Assembly (NCBI RefSeq): GCF_001194135.2
Contig: NC_068991.1
Coordinates: forward strand, 28,833,086-28,880,267
Reading direction: 5' to 3'
DNA length: 47,182 nt
DNA from: Octopus bimaculoides
Taxonomy: Eukaryota
Of the stretch, positions 40,961 to 47,182 are shown piece after piece. Below the pieces are notes generated by a model. It made no database searches. It had not been told where the DNA came from and saw nothing but the letters and a program-made list of their open reading frames with translations. The position numbers were made by a program, and so were the translations under genes. Each line of letters begins with the position of its first letter. The first letter of the stretch is position 1.

Positions 40961-41187
40961 TTGACCCTTTTGTTACCATATTTCTGTTGAAATGCACTGA
41001 CTTTGTTCCTGTTAATTTTGACAATAATGAAGAATTTATTAAAATACCTTTGTCATAATGAAGCTGGTGTTTGGAACATAAATTAACATGAAATTTTGAT
41101 GGAAAGTTTTTCTTTTAGATAATTTTAAAACAGAAAATTTGTATCCCAGAACCAGAAGTAGTCTTCGGTTGGTATCAAAAGGGTTAA
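40961..41187. mobile_element. piggyBac-type MITE
   Basis: ttgacccttttgttacca versus the reverse complement of tggtatcaaaagggttaa: 16/18 match, TTAA+CCC termini. Confidence 0.75.
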
Positions 41188-41280
41188 AGTGTGTTCATAT
41201 TTGGATATTAACAAACTGTTTTTTGGTTAGTTCTTTGAATTCTCTTATGCTGTATTTCTGGCAATATATTAACTCAGTTC

Positions 41281-41487
41281 TAAGGCAGTGAGCTAGCAGA
41301 ATCATTAGCACACTGGGATTAGAGGAATTTCATCTATCTTCACATTCTGAGTTCAAATTCTGCCAAGGTTGACTTTGCCTTTCATCCTTACATGGTCAAC
41401 AAATAAATATTAGTTGAAGACTGGGGTCAATGTAATCAACTTACCTCTCCACTGAAATTGCTGGCCTTGTGCTAAAATTTGAAATCA
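41281..41487 (+). mobile_element. SINE family A copy
   Basis: Head and core present. Confidence 0.78.
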
Positions 41488-41879
41488 CTATATTAACTCA
41501 GGCCTATAAGACCTTCTTTTGCTGGATTATATGTTGAAGTGTCCCCAACCCATGATGTGTGTTCTTAAATGAGGTTGTTAGAGAAGTAGGTATGTGGTTG
41601 ATTGCATATCTCAATTTTCATTTAGTCTGTCATGTTGATATTAAACTTTACGCCTGATTACATATTTCATCTTGCAGCTCCATAAAGCTCTCAGCACTGT
41701 TGTGCCTGAAGCAAATTCAGAGGGCATTACAAGAAAAGAAAACAAAAAGAAAGAAAAAAAACCCCATCTCTTATGAAGAAACACTTGCCTGTTCTGCAAT
41801 TTCATTAATGCATTAAATCTTTTGGCAATAAATCTGGAATAAAGATTTAAGACAAAATAATTTTATTTAATTGAGAATA

Positions 41880-42375
41880 TATGCACCATTTGAGCGTGAT
41901 CGTTACCAGCGTCGCTTTCCTGGTACTTGTGCCGGTGGCACATGAAAAGACATTTGAGCGAGGTCGTTGCCAGTGCAGGTGGCATATAAAATACACCATT
42001 TTGAGCATGGCCGTTGCCAGTACCGCCTGACTGGCCCTCGTGCCGGTGGCACGTAAAAGCACCCACTACACTCTCAGAGTGGTTGACATTAGGAAGGGCA
42101 TCCAGCCGTAGAAACTCTGCCAAATCAGATTGGAGCTTGGTGTAGCCATCTGGCTCACCAGTCCAACCCCTGCTAGCATGGAAAGCAGACGTTAAACGAT
42201 GAGGATGATGATATGATATTTTAAAAAAAGGAAATCATCATCATTTAGTATCTGCTTTCCATGCTGGTATGGGTTAGATGGTTTGACCGGAACAGGTAAG
42301 CTGGAAAGCTGCACCATGTTACCGTCTGATTTGGCATGGTTTCTACAGCTAGATGCCCTTCCTAATGTCGAATGA
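41880..42375. mobile_element. Tail-to-tail pair of RTE 3'-end copies (41880-42212 plus; 42234-42375 minus)
   Basis: Same family motifs, with opposing (GAT)n and (CAT)n tails about 20 nt apart. Confidence 0.8.
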
Positions 42376-43044
42376 TACAAGGAGTCCAAAAACAAACAAA
42401 GAATCACACATGCTCACAATTCTATTAATTACAACTCTTCCCATATATAACACGACTGAAAATTATTTTAAGAATATGCAGATTCTCAAGTGAAATATTT
42501 TGACATATTGGATCAAAATGTGAATAATTGCAAGTTTAATGAAAATGAATCGATTTGAAATTTCTGAGATGTTCAGTGGAGATTAACAAAATAGAATGAT
42601 GAACAAGATTCTCTTGCAATATTTAGTTATCTATCTTTAAATTGTTCAGTCGAAACATTCCTGTTCATCTTTTGGGTCTGGATAAAATAAAGTCATACAT
42701 TAAAGAAGATTAAATTATCTGTATTGCTACTCCAAAACTGTTTCTTGTGCTAAAGTTAGACATAAAAGAGAAGCTGATCTCCATCTGTCTGTCTGTAGCA
42801 ACATCTATATAAAAGGAGGAAAGAAGAGAAGGAATAAATAGGAGATAACCCCCGTCACAACATATTTAGGCAGTAAAAAGGGGAGAAGAAAAAGTTGTTG
42901 AGAGAGAATTTATGTGAAAAATAGTGTTGTCACCATAGTAACTAACAAATTTTGATTAAAAATATGAGAATTTTAAGTGCAAGCCCATCAACACAATGCA
43001 ATACATACTTTGGAAAAATTATATATATATATATATAAATAATC

Positions 43045-43380
43045 AGATATGCCCTCAATTGCCCAGATTGCCAGCTATGCAGATGATACGAAAGTCTCAG
43101 AAAATACAGAGCCCCAGCGATGTTGCACATCTGCAGCAATTTACAATGGACTCAATTTACAATTTACAGATGGGCTGAGGATAATAATATGCAGTTTAAT
43201 GTTGAAAAATTCCAAGCCCTGCTCTACCAGTGTCCAAAACTGAATATGAAACTTACAGGGTACACTGGTTCACAGGGAATTACAATCCCAGAGACTAAAT
43301 CAGTGAGGGACCTGGGTATCGACATGAGTGATGATACCTCTTTCCAAGTGCACATCACCAGGATGGCGACAAAGTTCAGC
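43045..43380 (+). mobile_element. CR1/L2-type LINE reverse transcriptase fragment
   Basis: IASYADDTKV, then frameshifted IYRWAEDNNMQFNVEKFQ...VRDLGIDM. Confidence 0.82.
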
Positions 43381-43764
43381 CAAATCCACTGTTTAATCAA
43401 GTTGTTGGAAGTAGTGGAATCTGTAAAAACATCCTGGTTTACATGAAATATCGAAACAAAATGGCTGTTCATTATTGACTTTTATACATCATTAATTCTT
43501 AGTATTTATATGATTAAAAATTGCCAAAATAAATTACGTCTTAGTTTTCCACTTTTACTAACAAAATAATTACTGTCAGTTTATATAATGTATTTAGATG
43601 AGCTTGCCGAACACGTTCGTAATAAATAGTTGACCTTTAGGGGGTTCCGATAAGGTTGTTATCCACCCCTGATTGGAACTCTCCCGTATGACATGTACGC
43701 ATACTCAGTGACTTGCTTTAACTTCCACAGACTAACGACTCACATACTGTACTGACCGGTTAAT

Positions 43765-43893
43765 ATGTCTCCGAAGAAATCACGCAAATACTGCTGTATA
43801 TGCAGCCACTATAGAGGGAAGAATGTAGACGGCAAAGTTATTTCACTACATAGATACCCTGCAAACGTAGCTATTTGTCGTATTTGGCTTCAG
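43765..43893 (+). pseudogene. N-terminal THAP-like zinc finger of a transposase, truncated by internal deletion
   Basis: MSPKKSRKYCCICSHYRGKNVDGKVISLHRYPANVAICRIWLQ has the Cys pair, LHRYP and W of THAP; the second half of the domain is absent. Confidence 0.6.
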
Positions 43894-46312
43894 ATTCAGC
43901 ATCTAAATTTGTGCTGTCGTGAAATTGAAAGTCAATGTTGTCTTTAATATTAGGGACTTGTGTCGTCGCAGAGACACCTTGGTCTGGAGTGTTATCAAGT
44001 TTGCTGACTTTCTCAAAATTAGTTAGCCACCCTGCATTTGAATCACCTTTGCGTAATCTTTCTTTGAAACGTACTAAATTTACAGTAGCCTCAAAGGGCT
44101 TTGCAGTTGTATCACCTGCTACACTTGAAAAACTATCGCTAAGGTTTTTTCCAAATGACAGTTGTTCAGCTTTCTTGGATTATTCCACTTGCATTTCATA
44201 GAAGTTGGTGCCAAGGTCCCACGTTTCTTATTGGTAGCTATGTCCACAAGGGCATGTAATAAAGCTCCGATATGGTTACANNNNNNNNNNNNNNNNNNNN
44301 NNNNNNNNNNNNNNNNNNNNNNNGTGCATTTGTATTTGATAAATATGACGAATAAAAAAAAAAATTCAAAATTAAGACTCATTAATTTATTGTTTTGATT
44401 ATAAATTTATTTCCTTACATCCATAAAAAATTCAATTTATTATACAAGGGAAAAAAGTCAGAATAATTAAACAGGCTCTTACCCTGCAGTGCAGTTGCAA
44501 TCAGCTGAATGCACATTGCCAGTGACCTTTGACATAATTACCCACACTCTGTGGTCAGGATTCTTTTTTTGGTTTGATGTCAGTATCGAAGGGATTACCA
44601 GACACCGGANNNNNNNNNNGATTCTTTTTTTGGTTTGATGTCAGTATCGAAGGGATTACCAGACACCGGACAATACAGTGAGAGCAGCTTTCACTAACAT
44701 CGTGGTATTCGATGCTGTGTACGTGTCTGTCGTGGTAAAATATGCCACTCCTTAACTGTTGCTTTGCCTTCATCCGTAACACGAGGTAATTATAAATGTC
44801 ATTATCTGTGAAATTCGGCAACTTACAAAGATCTTTAGTCCAATCTGCTGAAAGCAGATTGGGATCAGGCAATACTTCACCGAGAGGAGATATAAGCTTC
44901 TGCTTATTCCTGTCTGAAGTATCGTCCGATACTTCAGACTTAACGTCCGATCAATTTACTTTGTTGACATTCTTCTTCGACAGAATTTTTATACCTTTCA
45001 ACCTTTCAATCAAGTCCGCCTTTCTTCCAGTAACATACTGTCCATATAATCTTAAATATTTCTTTAACTCGGGCACAGTAAGTACTTCGATAGCTGAATC
45101 ATCTAGCTGCTTTATATCAATATCTATAAAACACAAGATGTTTGTGTGTGTGTGTGTACGTGATGTGGGTTATGCACGTCCACAAATTAGCACGCATGTC
45201 GCTCCAATTTTAGGAGGACATTGTTCATGACCCTATCTGTGTTTCTGTCAACTTTTTCTCTCAGAGGCATCCGCGTATAGCTGTAAAAATCGATAAACTT
45301 TTACCAATTTTGAAGTTTGACATGGCGAAGTCAAATCTGTGTGTACACGCGTGAAGGAGAGAGAGAGAGAAAGAAAGAAAGAAAGAGAGAGAGAAAGAAA
45401 GAAATAGTGTGTTTGTGACAAGGGGAGAAACAGTTTGCCAAGCGTCTAAAAAAAAAAAATGAAAAAGTGGAAGAGGGAGACAAAGCGGCTAAGGAAAAAA
45501 ATTTCTCTCACCAAGACAGCGTCTAACAAAAAATAAAAAAAGGAACGAACAAGTGGAAGNNNNNNNNNNNNNNNNNNNNNNNNNNNNNNNNNNNNNNNNN
45601 NNNNNNNNNNNNNNNNNNNNNNNNNNNNNNNNNNNNNNNNNNNNNNNNNNNNNNNNNNNNNNNNNNNNNNNNNNNNNNNNNNNNNNNNNNNNNNNNNNNN
45701 NNNNNNNNNNNNNNNNNNNNNNNNNNNNNNNNNNNNNNNNNNNNNNNNNNNNNNNNNNNNNNNNNNNNNNNNNNNNNNNNNNNNNNNNNNNNNNNNNNNN
45801 NNNNNNNNNNNNNNNNNNNNNNNNNNNNNNNNNNNNNNNNNNNNNNNNNNNNNNNNNNNNNNNNNNNNNNNNNNNNNNNNNNNNNNNNNNNNNNNNNNNN
45901 NNNNNNNNNNNNNNNNNNNNNNNNNNNNNNNNNNNNNNNNNNNNNNNNNNNNNNNNNNNNNNNNNNNNNNNNNNNNNNNNNNNNNNNNNNNNNNNNNNNN
46001 NNNNNNNNNNNNNNNNNNNNNNNNTTTTTGGTTAAGGTTGTTGGTAAGCTTTCCTAAGTTACTCCAATCCAGATCCCCAATGCAAACCTTCAGATCAACC
46101 TTTTCCTATGCAGATCTCTAATGCAACATTTAAAAAAAGAGTCAATGAGTGAAAATAACCAATAAACTGATTCCTTATGAGATTTCCCAATCAAATTGCC
46201 AGCAAACCAATTCTGATGTCGATGTTACTTATTTTGGTTTGAAATAAAGCACTTAATCATTTAATAATCCTAGCTTAATCCCGAGCAGCGCCGGGCTATA
46301 CTGCTAGTCCAT
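43880..46312 (-). pseudogene. SAP + SWIM zinc-finger ORF, the second gene of the transposon, disrupted
   Basis: After removing the Helitron it reads MDIKQLDDSAIEVLTVPELKKYLRLYGQYVTGRKADLIERL (SAP). After one in-frame TGA (44951-44953) it continues LPDPNLL..WTKDLCKLPNFTDNDIYNYL...HRVWVIMSKVTGNVHSADCNCTAG | GTAAG intron at 44482 | CNHIGALL (SWIM), then a frameshifted tail. Confidence 0.78.
45117..46307 (+). mobile_element. Non-autonomous Helitron (includes N-gap 45560-46024)
   Basis: 5' TC at 45117-45118, 3' CTAG at 46304-46307, GC-rich hairpin CCCGAGCAGCGCCGGG at 46280-46295, inserted between A (45116) and T (46308) with no TSD. Confidence 0.88.
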
Positions 46313-46436
46313 GATAAGACGTAAAACAATAACAATAGCGTGGATTGTCTGCGGAAGTTTAATTGTCTACATGGAGCGCCGCCTAGCCAAGGGAGATAAC
46401 CTACTTATAGGAAAGCCCTTTACCGTCACTACGAAG

Positions 46437-46450
46437 CGGAAGTGACGTAA
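46437..46450 (+). promoter_or_regulatory. Overlapping ETS/CRE-like motif CGGAAGTGACGTAA in a CpG-rich stretch
   Basis: The motif is seen directly; promoter function is inferred. Confidence 0.35.
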
Positions 46451-47182
46451 ATAATGTCTTTGCTAACACAGTAAAATGTGGTTACGCATGGAAGAACTTT
46501 GAGCACCGATGTACAATGTATGTAATCATCAAATATACTTTTAAACGGTAATTAAGTCAGTTTAATTAATTTTAGTTCATCACGTGTGAACAACGTTCAT
46601 AACTATATCGTGCGTCGGCTTAGACGGTTACATTGTTTTGTGGTGGAGTTGAAGGTTGGTGGGGTGCCTATACATCAGGGGCGTATTCGACAAAGGATAT
46701 TATTTCTAATTTATAATAATAATTATAACAATTCAGAAAGGCAAAGAAGTCTTTACTTTTTAACTCTCCAATAACTTACTCATGGTCATTACGCAACATG
46801 ATGAGTTATCAGTGAACCATTTCTTCCTGCCTGTGACGTTTGTAGGGACTGGACCGCCAACAGCGAAGTTTTAACCGTCGTTGACGGCTTGCCTTACCGA
46901 GGTATCAGGTAATGCTGGCGAAAGTGCTTGGCTGTTCTAACGTCTTAGACTTGCCATCGCCTGTGGTAATGCCGCGAGGCTTGCTTCAGTAGGTTCCGTT
47001 GAACCTTGTAGTGTGGTACCAATTGAGACATTTGATGTTGAATTAATGGTTTTTTTTCTTTCCTATTCTCTCTCTCTCTTAATGTTTACAACTTAACCCG
47101 GAAACGAAAATCAGAAAAAGATAGTGCAACGAGTGTAAAAAAAAATGTGTAGGAAACGAATATGAAAAAAAAAAAAAAAAAA

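Larger units (their letters stand above)
43640..46418. mobile_element. Internally deleted two-ORF DNA transposon, Kolobok-like, with a nested Helitron
   Basis: Imperfect TIRs GGGGGTTCCGATAAGGTTGTTATC and GGGCTTTCCTATAAGTAGGTTATC (right end, reverse complement); 4-bp direct repeat TTTA at 43636-43639 and 46419-46422; convergent THAP and SAP-SWIM ORFs inside. Confidence 0.72.

Noticed and set aside
44555-44670. Apparent ~50-bp tandem duplication in the SWIM gene, and a similar one at 22700-22775
   Set aside because: The two copies flank a 10-N gap, so this is an unmerged contig overlap, not biology.
44951-45136. ORF starting MCFIDIDIKQL as an independent SAP protein
   Set aside because: The first residues come from the Helitron 5' end; the real start is at 46312.
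46586-47035. Short ORFs in the CpG-rich right end (46586..46774 on +; minus-strand ATG at 47032)
   Set aside because: No recognisable domain, and stops occur before any plausible splice donor; not called as CDS.

Overview
AT-rich, repeat-dense eukaryotic genomic DNA. The microsatellites and the SINE/RTE repertoire suggest a coleoid cephalopod such as Octopus; this is an inference, not a database result. The main gene is a complete SRP54 on the + strand: 14 coding exons from 14632 to 40574, all GT-AG and phase-consistent, 1515 nt, 504 aa. It probably has a non-coding first exon near 6.8 kb. An intact tRNA-Val(TAC) lies head-to-head about 600 bp upstream. The rest is mostly transposon remains: a mariner with both TIRs carrying a nested RTE LINE, a solo LTR (4-bp TSD) inside an RTE 3' end, many RTE 3'-end copies and tRNA-derived SINEs, R4/Dong, CR1-like and second-family RTE fragments, and two piggyBac-type MITEs. 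The most unusual element is at 43640-46418: a TIR- and TSD-bounded, Kolobok-like DNA transposon with convergent THAP and SAP+SWIM ORFs, in which a Helitron has inserted exactly in codon 2 of the SAP-SWIM gene. I found no CRISPR array or prokaryotic system, and no clearly novel host system. The best leads are this element, a possible A-to-I restoration of SRP54 G4-motif Ser252 to Gly, a templated hairpin insertion, and inverted repeats around in-frame exon blocks. Five N-gaps limit what can be seen.
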